64,000 bases of DNA from Gemmatimonadota bacterium (GCA_039586815.1 JBDHJR010000006.1:26455-90454); one strand, 5' to 3'. Numbered from the stretch's first letter, positions 1-9,584 are shown. Made by a program: numbers and translations. Notes: generated by a model from the sequence alone, not told the origin.

Positions 1-222
1 CTGCCCGAGAACACCGTCCTGTTCCACGCAGGCACCGCGCTGGACGATGCCGGTGTGTTGCGCGCCGCGGGCGGCCGCGTCCTGAACGCCACCGGGCTCG
101 GACGTGACGTGGTCGAGGCCGCCGAACGAAGCCGTGCGCTCGCCGAGAGCATAGTCTTCGAGGGCCGCCAGTACCGCCGCGACATCGCGTGGCGCGAGGT
201 AGCCCGTGCCGGAGCTGCCTGA
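1..222 (+). CDS. purD: Phosphoribosylamine--glycine ligase, C-terminal fragment (5' truncated)
   Basis: Frame 1 reads LFHAGT...GGRVLNATGLG...FEGRQYRRDIA, the GARS C-domain signature; TGA at 220-222. Confidence 0.9.
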   Translation: MPENTVLFHAGTALDDAGVLRAAGGRVLNATGLGRDVVEAAERSRALAESIVFEGRQYRRDIAWREVARAGAA

Positions 223-1042
223 GGTCGAAACGATCGTCCGCGACCTCCGGCCCAGGATCGCCGGTCGCAAGCTCACCACCCCACACCTCCACCGCACCGA
301 CGTGCTGCGCAAGGTCAGCCGCCCGCGCCTGCTGCGCACCCTGGACCGCAACCGGATCGCCGCAGTCGATCGCCGCGCCAAGCACGTCGTCATGCTGCTG
401 GCCAGCGGGCACCGCCTGATCATTCAGCCCCGCATGACCGGCAATCTGCTGGTGTACGAGCGACGGCTCACGGCGGAACAGCGCCGCTACGCGGTGCTCG
501 ACGTGGGCATCGGGGGCGGGGCGCGTCTCGTATACCGCGACGTGCGCCGGCTCGGCACCATCTGGCTCTTGGACGAACGCGGGTGGGAGTCCTATACTGC
601 GCGCATCGGTCCCGAGCCGCTGGCCGCCGACTTCGATGCCGACCGCTTCCAGGAGCAGATGTCAGGGACGCGCCAGGCCATCAAGAAGGCGATTATGGAC
701 CAGCGTCGCCTGGCCGGTGTGGGCAACATCTACGCGAACGAGGCGCTCTTTCGGGCGCGTCTTGATCCCTCTCGGCCGGCACATCGGCTGACGCGTGCCG
801 AGCTCCACCGGCTGTACCGGCATGTGCGGGAGATACTGGAGGAAGCGATCACCGCACAGGGCACGACCGTGCGGGACTACCGCACAGGGACCGGACAATC
901 CGGCTCGTACCAGAACTCGCTGCAGGTGTACGGGCGCGGTGGGGAGCCGTGCCGCCGGTGTGGCGCGCGGCTCGTAACCACGCACGAGATCGACGGGCGC
1001 GCCACCACGTTTTGCTGGCGCTGCCAGGGGAAGCCGCGATGA
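206..1042 (+). CDS. mutM: Formamidopyrimidine-DNA glycosylase
   Basis: N-terminal PELPEVE, H2TH GVGNIYANE, C-terminal CRRC/CWRCQ zinc finger. Confidence 0.96.
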   Translation: MPELPEVETIVRDLRPRIAGRKLTTPHLHRTDVLRKVSRPRLLRTLDRNRIAAVDRRAKHVVMLLASGHRLIIQPRMTGNLLVYERRLTAEQRRYAVLDVGIGGGARLVYRDVRRLGTIWLLDERGWESYTARIGPEPLAADFDADRFQEQMSGTRQAIKKAIMDQRRLAGVGNIYANEALFRARLDPSRPAHRLTRAELHRLYRHVREILEEAITAQGTTVRDYRTGTGQSGSYQNSLQVYGRGGEPCRRCGARLVTTHEIDGRATTFCWRCQGKPR

Positions 1043-2058
1043 AGATCGCCGTCGTGTTCGACACGCCGAACGACGGGTGGGAAGACGAGGACTACAAGAA
1101 AGAGGTCGAGGCTGAGATCGACGAGCAGGAGTACCACGTCGCCGAGGCCCTGATGGAGTACGAGCACGAAGTGCTGTTGGTGGGCGTGCACGACGACCTG
1201 CACCACATGTTCGAGCGGCTTGCCGTGTTCAAGCCCGACCTGGTGTTCAACTGTGCGGAGGGCTTCCACGAGCGCTCGCGCCTCGACTACATATTCGCCG
1301 CGCTGCTGGAAGCGGAGGGCTATCACTACACCGGCGCGCCGCCCATCGCCCTGCTCACCACGCGCAACAAGGCGATGAGCAAGAAGATCCTCGCCTGGCA
1401 CGGGCTCAAGGTGCCGGGCTTCGTAACGTACCGGCGCACCGAGGAAGTGGTCGAAGCTCCCAGCCTGGCCTTTCCGCTGATCGTGAAACCGCTGCAGGAG
1501 GACGCCTCGGAAGGCATCGCTCAGGCGTCGGTGGTGCAGGATCTCGACGGGCTCAGGGAGCGCGTCCACTTCATCCACGAGACATTCCGCCAGCCAGCAA
1601 TAGCCGAGGAGTTCGTGGAGGGCCGCGAGCTGTACGTGAGCGTCCTGGGGAACGGCGCGAAGCTGGAGATCCTCCCCATCATCGAGATGGTGTTTGACAA
1701 GGAGAAGAGCAAGCCTGAGGAGCGCATCGCCACCAAGGCGGCCAAGTGGGACGTGCCGTATCGCGAGCGCAGAGGCATCAAGAACGTGTTCGCCCGCCGA
1801 TTGTCGCAGGCGGCGCAGGAGCGAATCGGCGAGACATGCCGCACGGCGTTCCACGCCCTGTGGCTGCGGGACTATGCCCGGGTGGACGTGCGCCTCACGC
1901 CCGACGACGAGGCGTACGTCGTGGAGGTGAACGCCAACCCGTTCATCTCCTTCGGGCACGATACCTCCAATGCCGCAGAGAAGATCGGCATGGATTACTA
2001 CGCGTTCATCGACCGCATCGTCCAGGAGGCGCTCGCCCGGTATGAGCCCCACCCGTAG
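1039..2058 (+). CDS. D-Ala-D-Ala ligase-like ATP-grasp protein (non-canonical)
   Basis: ATGA overlap with mutM; FPLIVKP, EDASEGI, EEFVEGRE, YARVDVR, EVNANP motifs. Confidence 0.85.
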   Translation: MKIAVVFDTPNDGWEDEDYKKEVEAEIDEQEYHVAEALMEYEHEVLLVGVHDDLHHMFERLAVFKPDLVFNCAEGFHERSRLDYIFAALLEAEGYHYTGAPPIALLTTRNKAMSKKILAWHGLKVPGFVTYRRTEEVVEAPSLAFPLIVKPLQEDASEGIAQASVVQDLDGLRERVHFIHETFRQPAIAEEFVEGRELYVSVLGNGAKLEILPIIEMVFDKEKSKPEERIATKAAKWDVPYRERRGIKNVFARRLSQAAQERIGETCRTAFHALWLRDYARVDVRLTPDDEAYVVEVNANPFISFGHDTSNAAEKIGMDYYAFIDRIVQEALARYEPHP

Positions 2059-3082
2059 GAGGAAGACCCGCCACCCAACGCCGCGCCCCGAGCTGCGCTG
2101 CAAGTGCGGCCAGGAGCTGATTCGGTTCTGGCCCCACTGCCCCTGGTGCGCCCGCAAACAGGTATGGCGCGACGACCCACCGGTCACGGAGGCGGAGTGC
2201 TACAAGTGCGGCTGGGTCGTGTCGGACCACTACAGCTACTGCCCCTGGTGCGGCACCGACATCTACGAGGAGGGCTACTCGTCCGAGGAGCCGCTCAAGG
2301 CTCCCCGCGGGTTCCGCTTCGACGCGCGCTGCGACTACGGCTGCGGCGGCGGGGTGGAGTACCCCATGGTGCACTGTCCCTGGTGTGGCGAGGAGCAGGA
2401 CTGGGAGGGCGAGGACGAGAGGATCGACGGGCCCTGCCCGCACTGCCACCGCGGCGTAAGCGACTGGATGCGTACCTGTCCCTGGTGCGGCGGCGATCCC
2501 ACGGGCCAGGACCTCATACCGCGGGCGCTGCGGCGCGTGCGTGAGCTGTTGCGCGCCTCGCGCATAAAGGATTGGAACTACCGCGTGGTGCTGCGCCCCG
2601 GCGTGTCGGGCGTCGACCCCAAGTTCCCCAAGATCATAGAGATCGACTGGGACTACGTGGTTAAGGCGCGGGGGCGCGACGACATTCCCTGGACCACGCT
2701 GGTCGGCCTCATCTGCCACGAGGCGGGGCACAGCTTTCTGTACCATCACTGGGGCTGGACCAAGACGCCCGGGTTCAAGCGCGCGTTCGGCGAGGTGCAC
2801 AAGGCGTATCGCGTGAGGGACGACAGCTGGGTGGACATGCAGCGCCGCCGCGTGAGCAAGACCAAGGCGGAGTACGTGAGCGCGTACGCGTCGAACCACC
2901 CGCTGGAGGACTTCGCGGAGACGTTCCGTTACTACGTGGTGCGGCGCGGCCGCATGCGGGAGCTGCTGGCCGAGCTGGGCCAGAAGCGCAAGGCGGTGAT
3001 CGTGTACGAGAAGTTCCTCGCGCTCGACCACTATCTGCGACAGGTCCGCTCACGCCAGCGGGGCAAGGGAACGTGGCGGTAA
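2042..3082 (+). CDS. Multi-zinc-ribbon protein with C-terminal putative zinc metallopeptidase
   Basis: Four Cys-pair ribbons ending in CPWC; HEAGH (HExxH) and YASNHPLEDFAETF; overlaps the upstream gene. Confidence 0.8.
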   Translation: MSPTRRRKTRHPTPRPELRCKCGQELIRFWPHCPWCARKQVWRDDPPVTEAECYKCGWVVSDHYSYCPWCGTDIYEEGYSSEEPLKAPRGFRFDARCDYGCGGGVEYPMVHCPWCGEEQDWEGEDERIDGPCPHCHRGVSDWMRTCPWCGGDPTGQDLIPRALRRVRELLRASRIKDWNYRVVLRPGVSGVDPKFPKIIEIDWDYVVKARGRDDIPWTTLVGLICHEAGHSFLYHHWGWTKTPGFKRAFGEVHKAYRVRDDSWVDMQRRRVSKTKAEYVSAYASNHPLEDFAETFRYYVVRRGRMRELLAELGQKRKAVIVYEKFLALDHYLRQVRSRQRGKGTWR

Positions 3083-4188
3083 GCCAGGCGCTCGCCCTCC
3101 CGCTGGGCGACCTCGACATGCTGAAGCGCCGCGTGGCGGCGCTGGCCGAGAAACGCCCCGGCGTTTACCGCATGCTCGATCCCGGCGGCCGCGTGGTGTA
3201 CGTGGGCAAGGCCAAGCAGCTGAGGGCCAGGCTGTTGTCGTACTTCCGCGCGAGCTATCCCGAGGAGAAGGCGGCCCGCATATTGCACGCGGCGGCCGAC
3301 ATCAGGTGGGACTACACTCCCTCGGAGTTTGCCGCGCTGCTCACCGAGCTCAACCAGATCCGCCGCTACCGGCCCGTGTTCAACGTTCGCATGAACCGCC
3401 GCAGACGCGTGGGGTTCATCAAGATCTCCGACGGTACGGCCCCCAAGATCTACGTGGGCGGGACCGTCGCGGGCGACGACGTGCGGCACTACGGCCCGTT
3501 CGTGGGCGTGGGACGGCTAAAGGAGAGCGTGAAGATCCTGAACGACCTGCTGGGACTGAGGGATTGCGCGCTGTCGATGCCGATGGTGTACTCCGACCAG
3601 CGGGACCTGTTCGCGGGACCGCAGCGTGCCGCGTGCATGCGACACGAGCTGGGTACGTGCACGGCGCCCTGCGCCGGGTTCGTGAGCGAGCCCGAGTACC
3701 GCAGCCGGGTGCACGCCGCGGCCGACTTCATCGAGGCGCGTGACACCGGTCCCCTGGAGCAGATCATCAGCAGCATGACGGCGGCGAGCGAGGCGCAGGA
3801 CTTCGAGCGCGCCGCGTGGTGCCGCGACAAGTTCGACGCCCTCACCTGGCTGCTGTCGGCCTGCACCAGGGCGCAGGCGGCCCTGGAGGCGCTGAGCTTC
3901 GTGTACACCGACCCGGGCGTCTATGGCGACGACCGCACCTACGTCATCAAGCGTGCGACCGTGCGCGCGGCTGCGCCGGCTCCGCACACTCCCATCGAGA
4001 TAGAGGCGTTCCGTTCGCTGGTCGCCGAGCACGCCGGCGGAGACCCCGAGCCGGGACCCATTCCCACGGCCGCGATCGACGAGACGCTGCTGCTGCTCTC
4101 CTGGTTCCGGCGTCACCCCGGCGCGCTGCGACGCACGGTCGGCCTGGAGGAGTGGCTGGAGCGGCACGCGGCGGAGTCGCACGCATGA
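3073..4188 (+). CDS. UvrC N-terminal-like (Cho-like) GIY-YIG endonuclease
   Basis: PGVYRM...VYVGKAKQLRARLLSYF, Cys-rich cluster, UVR-like FERAAWCRD; no RNase H or HhH C-terminal half. Confidence 0.85.
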   Translation: MAVSQALALPLGDLDMLKRRVAALAEKRPGVYRMLDPGGRVVYVGKAKQLRARLLSYFRASYPEEKAARILHAAADIRWDYTPSEFAALLTELNQIRRYRPVFNVRMNRRRRVGFIKISDGTAPKIYVGGTVAGDDVRHYGPFVGVGRLKESVKILNDLLGLRDCALSMPMVYSDQRDLFAGPQRAACMRHELGTCTAPCAGFVSEPEYRSRVHAAADFIEARDTGPLEQIISSMTAASEAQDFERAAWCRDKFDALTWLLSACTRAQAALEALSFVYTDPGVYGDDRTYVIKRATVRAAAPAPHTPIEIEAFRSLVAEHAGGDPEPGPIPTAAIDETLLLLSWFRRHPGALRRTVGLEEWLERHAAESHA

Positions 4189-5171
4189 TCCCGCAGGCCG
4201 GCCTGGCGATCATCGAGCTCGGCTTCGGGCTCGCAGTGCTGTTCTACGGCGGCAGCCTGCTGGTACGGGGCGCGACGGCCGTGGCGCTGCTGGCGCGCAT
4301 CTCCACCGCCGTCGTGGCCCTCACCGTGGTGGCGATGGGTACCAGCCTGCCGGAGCTGGCGGTGAGCGTGCGTGCGGCCTCGCGGCAGGCCACCGACATC
4401 GCCTACGGTAACATCATCGGCTCCAGCATATTCAACGTCGGGGCCATCCTGGGACTGGCCGCCGTCATGGTGGCAATCCACGTGCGCAAGCACACGCTCA
4501 AGGTCGAGTACTGGATAATGCTGGCGGCCACCGGGGCCGTGCTGTACTTCGCCTCCAACGGCAACGTGGGCCGCTGGGAGGGCGCTGCGCTCTGCCTCGG
4601 TCTCGTCCTCTTCGTGCTGTACACCATCTACCACGCCCGCCGTGACGTCACGGGGAGCGAGGCGGCCAGCCTGGAGCGCGAGGTCAAGCGCGCGGCGCAC
4701 CTGAAGGACGGTGCGGCGCGTGCCTGGGGACTCAACGTCACGCTCATCGTGCTGGGCCTGGTCCTGCTGGCGGGCGGAGCGGAGCTCTCCGTGCTGGGCG
4801 CCCTGACCGGTGCGCGCGTGCTGGGAGTGGAGGAACGGGTAATCGGCCTCACCGTGGTGGCCATGGGAACCAGCCTGCCGGAGCTCGCCACATGCGTGGC
4901 CGCAGCACGGCACAAGGAGCCGGACATCGCGCTGGGCAACGTGATCGGCTCCAACATCTTCAACCTGTTCGGCATCCTGGGAGTCACCGCCGCAGTGTTC
5001 CCGGTGCCGGTGCAGGGCACCTTCCTCACCGCGGACAACTGGGTACTGCTCGCGTTCACCGTGGTGCTGTTCCCCATCATGCTGACGCGCCGCATGGTCT
5101 CGCGCCGCGAGGGCGTAGTCCTGCTGGTGGGGTTCTCCGTCTACATCGCGTGGGTGGTGGTGGCGGGGTAG
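4185..5171 (+). CDS. Calcium/sodium antiporter (YrbG/CaCA family)
   Basis: Two GTSLPEL alpha-repeats, GNxIGS motifs, about 10 TM segments; ATGA overlap. Confidence 0.92.
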   Translation: MIPQAGLAIIELGFGLAVLFYGGSLLVRGATAVALLARISTAVVALTVVAMGTSLPELAVSVRAASRQATDIAYGNIIGSSIFNVGAILGLAAVMVAIHVRKHTLKVEYWIMLAATGAVLYFASNGNVGRWEGAALCLGLVLFVLYTIYHARRDVTGSEAASLEREVKRAAHLKDGAARAWGLNVTLIVLGLVLLAGGAELSVLGALTGARVLGVEERVIGLTVVAMGTSLPELATCVAAARHKEPDIALGNVIGSNIFNLFGILGVTAAVFPVPVQGTFLTADNWVLLAFTVVLFPIMLTRRMVSRREGVVLLVGFSVYIAWVVVAG

Positions 5172-5174
5172 CTA

Positions 5175-5648
5175 CTACAAATCCACCAACCTCGCCCGGG
5201 GCGGGATCCCGGGCTCCAGCTCCATGACCCCCACTGAGGGCCGCAGCCCGAAGCCTCTTGGTCCGGCCGACCCCGGGTTCATTACCGTCACCGTCTTGTT
5301 CACCAGCTCGAGCAGCGGCTTGTGCGTGTGACCGTATGCCAGGATCTCCGCGTGCGGAAAGGCGTCCACGAGCTTGTCGGGCGCCGGCGTGCCGAACTGG
5401 TCACCGTGGGTCACCACGACGATGAACCCGTCCAGCTCCACCTCGGCCACCTGCGGGCATTTGGCGCGCACGTCGAAGCCGTCGGTGTTGCCGTACACGG
5501 CGGTTACGGGCGCTAGCGCTTCCAGCTCGGTTAGCACGTCGAGCCGGCCGATGTCTCCCGCATGCAGGATGTGATCCACCTGCTCGAACACATCGAACAC
5601 TTCGGGGCGCAGGTGGTTGTGGGTATCCGAGATGACGCCGAGGCGCAC
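5175..5648 (-). CDS. YfcE/MJ0936-family metallophosphoesterase
   Basis: SDTH, HAGD, GNTD, GHTH, NPGS motifs. Confidence 0.92.
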   Translation of the reverse strand: MRLGVISDTHNHLRPEVFDVFEQVDHILHAGDIGRLDVLTELEALAPVTAVYGNTDGFDVRAKCPQVAEVELDGFIVVVTHGDQFGTPAPDKLVDAFPHAEILAYGHTHKPLLELVNKTVTVMNPGSAGPRGFGLRPSVGVMELEPGIPPRARLVDL

Positions 5649-5652
5649 GCGC

Positions 5653-6237
5653 TCACCCGTCCCAGCGGGGCACCAGCTCCGCGTCCACTCCCATGTGGTC
5701 CAGCACGCGCTGCACGATGAAGTCCACCAGGTCCTGTACCTGCTGCGGGCGGTGGTAGAAGCCCGGAGCGGCGGGGATGACCGTGGCTCCAGCCTCGGTC
5801 ACCGCGGTGAGGTTACGCAGGTGCACCAGGGAGAGCGGCGTTTCGCGCGGCACGAGAATCAGCGGTCGCCGCTCCTTGAGCGTCACGTCGGCGGCGCGCT
5901 CGACGAGCGAGCGGCTGTTGCCGCGCGCAATGGCCGACACGGTACCCATGGAGCAGGGACACACCACCATGCCCGCACTGCGGGCCGAACCCGACGCGGG
6001 CTTGGCGCCGCGGTCGGCATCGTCGTACACGGTGATGCTGGACCAGTCCCCGCCCGTCGCCTCGCGCAGCTCCTCCTCGGAACCGATCCCCGTCTCCGTT
6101 TGCAGCAGGCGCCAGCCATGGCCCGACACCACGAGCATGAGGGGCACCTGGTGCCGCGCTAGCACCTCCAGCAGGCGCACCGCGTAGGGGCCGCCCGAGG
6201 CACCCGTGATCGCGAGAGTCCAGGGAGCGGCGCTCAC
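5653..6237 (-). CDS. ubiX: Flavin prenyltransferase UbiX
   Basis: ITGASG, ASGS, PCSMGT, RAADVTLKERR, RETP, PGFY. Confidence 0.95.
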   Translation of the reverse strand: MSAAPWTLAITGASGGPYAVRLLEVLARHQVPLMLVVSGHGWRLLQTETGIGSEEELREATGGDWSSITVYDDADRGAKPASGSARSAGMVVCPCSMGTVSAIARGNSRSLVERAADVTLKERRPLILVPRETPLSLVHLRNLTAVTEAGATVIPAAPGFYHRPQQVQDLVDFIVQRVLDHMGVDAELVPRWDG

Positions 6238-6419
6238 TGGCCCCTCCGGTTGGGTGTTGGGACCTTGTGCGGATGGCGCGGCGGGCCAGGGGGTGCCGGG
6301 CCCTTCGGTCCCTTGGGAGGAACACCCTTCCCCGCTCCCGGCTTGCGCGAGGGAGCTCCTTGGCGGCGCCGCGGACGCCCACCAGGCTTACCATGTTGCC
6401 GTCCCCTATCCCCCGTCAT
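6234..6419 (-). CDS. Putative small basic Pro/Gly/Arg-rich protein (61 aa)
   Basis: Exactly fills the ubiA-ubiX gap with 4-nt overlaps at both ends; low complexity, no recognisable domain. Confidence 0.4.
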   Translation of the reverse strand: MTGDRGRQHGKPGGRPRRRQGAPSRKPGAGKGVPPKGPKGPAPPGPPRHPHKVPTPNRRGQ

Positions 6420-7315
6420 ATCAGCCTATCCCCCAGCGCAAATAGGAACACAACTATGCTCACGATCCCGTTCATCCGGAAGAAGGCCGCATCGAGGCGG
6501 CTCAAGTCACCGGGCTTCACCAGCTGATGCTCCCACGCGAGCAGCACGGCCGCCAGCGCAACACCTGCGTAGTACACCGTGCCGAACGGTGTGCCGAATC
6601 CGAACCCCACGAGGGCGGCGATCGTGACACCGTGAAACAGCTTGCCCAGCAGGATGGCCCTGCGCTCACCGAGCAGCACCACCGCGCTCTTGAGCCCGTG
6701 CTCCCGGTCGAACGACTCGTCGGGCAGCGCGTAGAAGATGTCGAACCCGCCCACCCAGGTGAGCACGGCTAGCGCGATCACCGGCAGCGTCCACCACGGC
6801 TCGCCCCATGCTCCCGTCACCGCTATGTAGCCCGCGCCGGGCGCGATGCCCAGTCCCATCCCGAGCCACAGATGGCTCAGCGACGTGATGCGCTTGGTGT
6901 AGCTGTAGAACAGGATCCACGCCAGCGCGAGGGGACTGAGCAGCAGGCACAGGCGGTTGAGCAGCGCCGCAGCCGCCACGAACACCGCGCACGCCACCAC
7001 GACCGACAGCACTGCCTGACCCAGCGTCAACCTGCCGGTGGGAAGCTCCCGATACCGGGTGCGGGGGTTGCGCGCATCGTAGTGCCGGTCCACTACCCGG
7101 TTGAAGCCCATCGCAGCGAACCGCGCCGCGGTGAACGCAACAAGCACGAGCACGAGCTGCCGCAGAGTGACCGGCGCAGCGAACGACGCGTACACGACAC
7201 CCAGGAATGCGAAGGGGAGCGCGAAGACGGTGTGGGGCAGCTTGACGAAGTTGACGTAGCGCAGCAGCAGCGACTCCCCCGCGAACGTCTGCCCTTCTGG
7301 TTGCTGCGTGGTCAC
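6416..7315 (-). CDS. ubiA: UbiA-family polyprenyltransferase (MqnP-like)
   Basis: KLPHTVFALPFA, NRVVDRHYDARNPRT, YSYTKR, GFDIFYA; multi-TM. Confidence 0.92.
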   Translation of the reverse strand: MTTQQPEGQTFAGESLLLRYVNFVKLPHTVFALPFAFLGVVYASFAAPVTLRQLVLVLVAFTAARFAAMGFNRVVDRHYDARNPRTRYRELPTGRLTLGQAVLSVVVACAVFVAAAALLNRLCLLLSPLALAWILFYSYTKRITSLSHLWLGMGLGIAPGAGYIAVTGAWGEPWWTLPVIALAVLTWVGGFDIFYALPDESFDREHGLKSAVVLLGERRAILLGKLFHGVTIAALVGFGFGTPFGTVYYAGVALAAVLLAWEHQLVKPGDLSRLDAAFFRMNGIVSIVVFLFALGDRLI

Positions 7316-8808
7316 TGGTGGCGCCGCGGCGTGAGCCTGATCCCTAGCTCACCCCACATGGCGTCGACCCTGGCCTTCGTCTCGTCGTCCATCTCGATGC
7401 GGTCGGGCCAGTCGCGGTCGAAACCCTCTTCCTTCCACTTGGTGGTGGCGTCGATCCCCATCTTCGAGCCGTAGGTGAACGCGCGCGACGCATGATCCAG
7501 CACGTCTATGGGACCCATGGTGAACCGAATGTCGCGCTCGGGATCGATGTGGTTCAGCGCCACCCACCACGCCTCCTCGGGATCCCGCACGTTCACGTCC
7601 TTGTCGAGCACCACGATCACCTTGGCCAGCGACATGAGCCCCATGCCCCACAGGGCGTTCATCACCTTGTACGCCTGGCCGGGATACTGCTTGTCAATGC
7701 TCACGAATACGAGGTTGTGGAAGATGCCGGCGGCCGGCATGTGGTAGTCCACGATCTCCGGCAGGTTCATTCGCAGCAGGGGGAGGAATATCCGCTCAGT
7801 CGCATGTCCCAGGTAGAAGTCTTCCATGGGCGGACGCCCGACGATGGTCGCGGGGTAGACCGGATCCCGCCGCATCGTCACCGCGGTCACGTGTACCGCG
7901 GGGTAGTCGTCGGCCAGAGAGTAGAACCCCGTGTGGTCGCCGAACGGCCCCTCCAGCACCAGCGGCTCCGCCGGATCGATCAACCCCTCGATCACGACGT
8001 CGGCCTCGGCCGGCACCAGGAGGTCGTTGGTCACCGCCTTGGCCAGCGCCACGGGCTTGCGACGCAGGAAGCCGGCGAAAATGTACTCGTCTATGTTGGG
8101 CGGCAGCGGAGCCGACGCGGAGTAGATCGAGGGCGGGTCACCGCCCAGTGCGATCGCTACCGGCATCTTCTCGCCACGCGCGGCCATGTCCCGCCAGTGA
8201 GCGGCACCCACCTTGTGTCGTTGCCAGTGCATGGCGAGCAGATCTCTCTCCAACACCTGCACCCGGTACATCCCCACGTTGCGCACGCCGGTCCTGGGAT
8301 CGCGGGTCACCACCTGCGGCAGCGTAATGTAGGGGCCGCCGTCGTCCGGCCAGCACGTGGTGATGGGCAGCCGGCCCAGGTCGACCTCGGCTCCCTGCAG
8401 CACTACCTGCTGGCACGACGGCTTGCCCGACACCGTGCGCGGCGGGTACTTGGCGATCTCGGCGAGCTTGGGGAGCATGGCGAGCTTCTCGCGCCAGCCC
8501 TCGGGCACCTTGAGCTTGATCAGCTCCTCGATGCGCCGCCCGATGTCGTCCAGGTCGTCCACGCCGAGTGCCATGCCCATCCGCTTCAGCGAGCCGAACA
8601 GGTTGATCCCCACGGGGACGTCCGACGCCTTGCCGTCGTCCAGCAGCGGCTGCTCGAACAGCAGGGCCGGTCCGCCGCCCGCGCTCTTCATGCAGCGGTC
8701 CGCGATCTCGGTGATCTCCAGCTTCACCGAAACCGGCCGCTTCACGCGCACCAGCTCGCCCGCGTGGTCCAACGCCGTGACGAACTCGCGCAGGCTGTCC
8801 ATCGTCAT
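7312..8808 (-). CDS. ubiD: UbiD-family decarboxylase (menaquinone, MqnL-like)
   Basis: NVGMYR, EGPFGDHTGFY, VLDHAS, GSKMGIDAT; start at MTMDSL overlaps the ubiE stop. Confidence 0.94.
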   Translation of the reverse strand: MTMDSLREFVTALDHAGELVRVKRPVSVKLEITEIADRCMKSAGGGPALLFEQPLLDDGKASDVPVGINLFGSLKRMGMALGVDDLDDIGRRIEELIKLKVPEGWREKLAMLPKLAEIAKYPPRTVSGKPSCQQVVLQGAEVDLGRLPITTCWPDDGGPYITLPQVVTRDPRTGVRNVGMYRVQVLERDLLAMHWQRHKVGAAHWRDMAARGEKMPVAIALGGDPPSIYSASAPLPPNIDEYIFAGFLRRKPVALAKAVTNDLLVPAEADVVIEGLIDPAEPLVLEGPFGDHTGFYSLADDYPAVHVTAVTMRRDPVYPATIVGRPPMEDFYLGHATERIFLPLLRMNLPEIVDYHMPAAGIFHNLVFVSIDKQYPGQAYKVMNALWGMGLMSLAKVIVVLDKDVNVRDPEEAWWVALNHIDPERDIRFTMGPIDVLDHASRAFTYGSKMGIDATTKWKEEGFDRDWPDRIEMDDETKARVDAMWGELGIRLTPRRHQ

Positions 8809-9533
8809 CGCCGACTCCCCCAGTGCAGCGTCGCAATGCCAAACGTGAGCGGCTCCTGCCGTATGTCCTCGAAGCCGTGCCGCTCCATCGTGGCGCGCAG
8901 CTCGGCCGGCTCGGCGAACTCTTCTACCGAGCCCGGCAGGTACGTGTAGGCCGTCGCGTGCCCCGACACCATGCGCCCGACCCGCGGAAGCACATGGCGG
9001 AAGTAGAACAGGTACAGCGAACGTAGCGGCCCAGCCGCCGGTGTCGAGAACTCCAGGATCACGAGGCGCGCGCCCGGCTTGAGCACGCGCGCCATCTCGC
9101 CCACGCCGGCGCCGATGTCGACCAGGTTCCGGATGCCGAACCCAATGGTGCAGCCGTCGAACGCGGCGTCGGGAAACGGCAGCTCGAGCGCGTCGGCGCC
9201 CACCGGCCTGAGCGCCTCTGCCTTCCCCATCCCGAGCCGGAGCATGGGCACCACGAAGTCGGCACCCACCACAGTGCCGGCGAAGCCCGGCCGTCCGGCA
9301 AGCTCCGTAGCCAGGTCGAGCGTGCCGGCACAGAGGTCCAGGTAGGTACCTTGGGTAGCAGCCTGCCATCCCAGTCGTGCGATGGCCCGGCGGCGCCAGC
9401 CGCGGTCCACGTTGAGACTGAGCAGGTGGTTGAGCAGGTCGTAGCGCGGAGCGATGGCCGTGAACATGCTCCGCACGTACGATCGTCTGGTCTCGCTACC
9501 CGGGGTGCCGACTTCCGGGGGGGTCAGGGTCAT
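8805..9533 (-). CDS. ubiE: Demethylmenaquinone methyltransferase UbiE/MenG
   Basis: MFTAIAPRYDLLNHLLS, LDLCAGT, FGIRN, RVLKPG, YTYLPGS. Confidence 0.93.
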   Translation of the reverse strand: MTLTPPEVGTPGSETRRSYVRSMFTAIAPRYDLLNHLLSLNVDRGWRRRAIARLGWQAATQGTYLDLCAGTLDLATELAGRPGFAGTVVGADFVVPMLRLGMGKAEALRPVGADALELPFPDAAFDGCTIGFGIRNLVDIGAGVGEMARVLKPGARLVILEFSTPAAGPLRSLYLFYFRHVLPRVGRMVSGHATAYTYLPGSVEEFAEPAELRATMERHGFEDIRQEPLTFGIATLHWGSRR

Positions 9534-9584
9534 AGGCGCGAAAGGTACTGGTACGCTTGAACTTGCCGCAAGAACGGTGCAATC

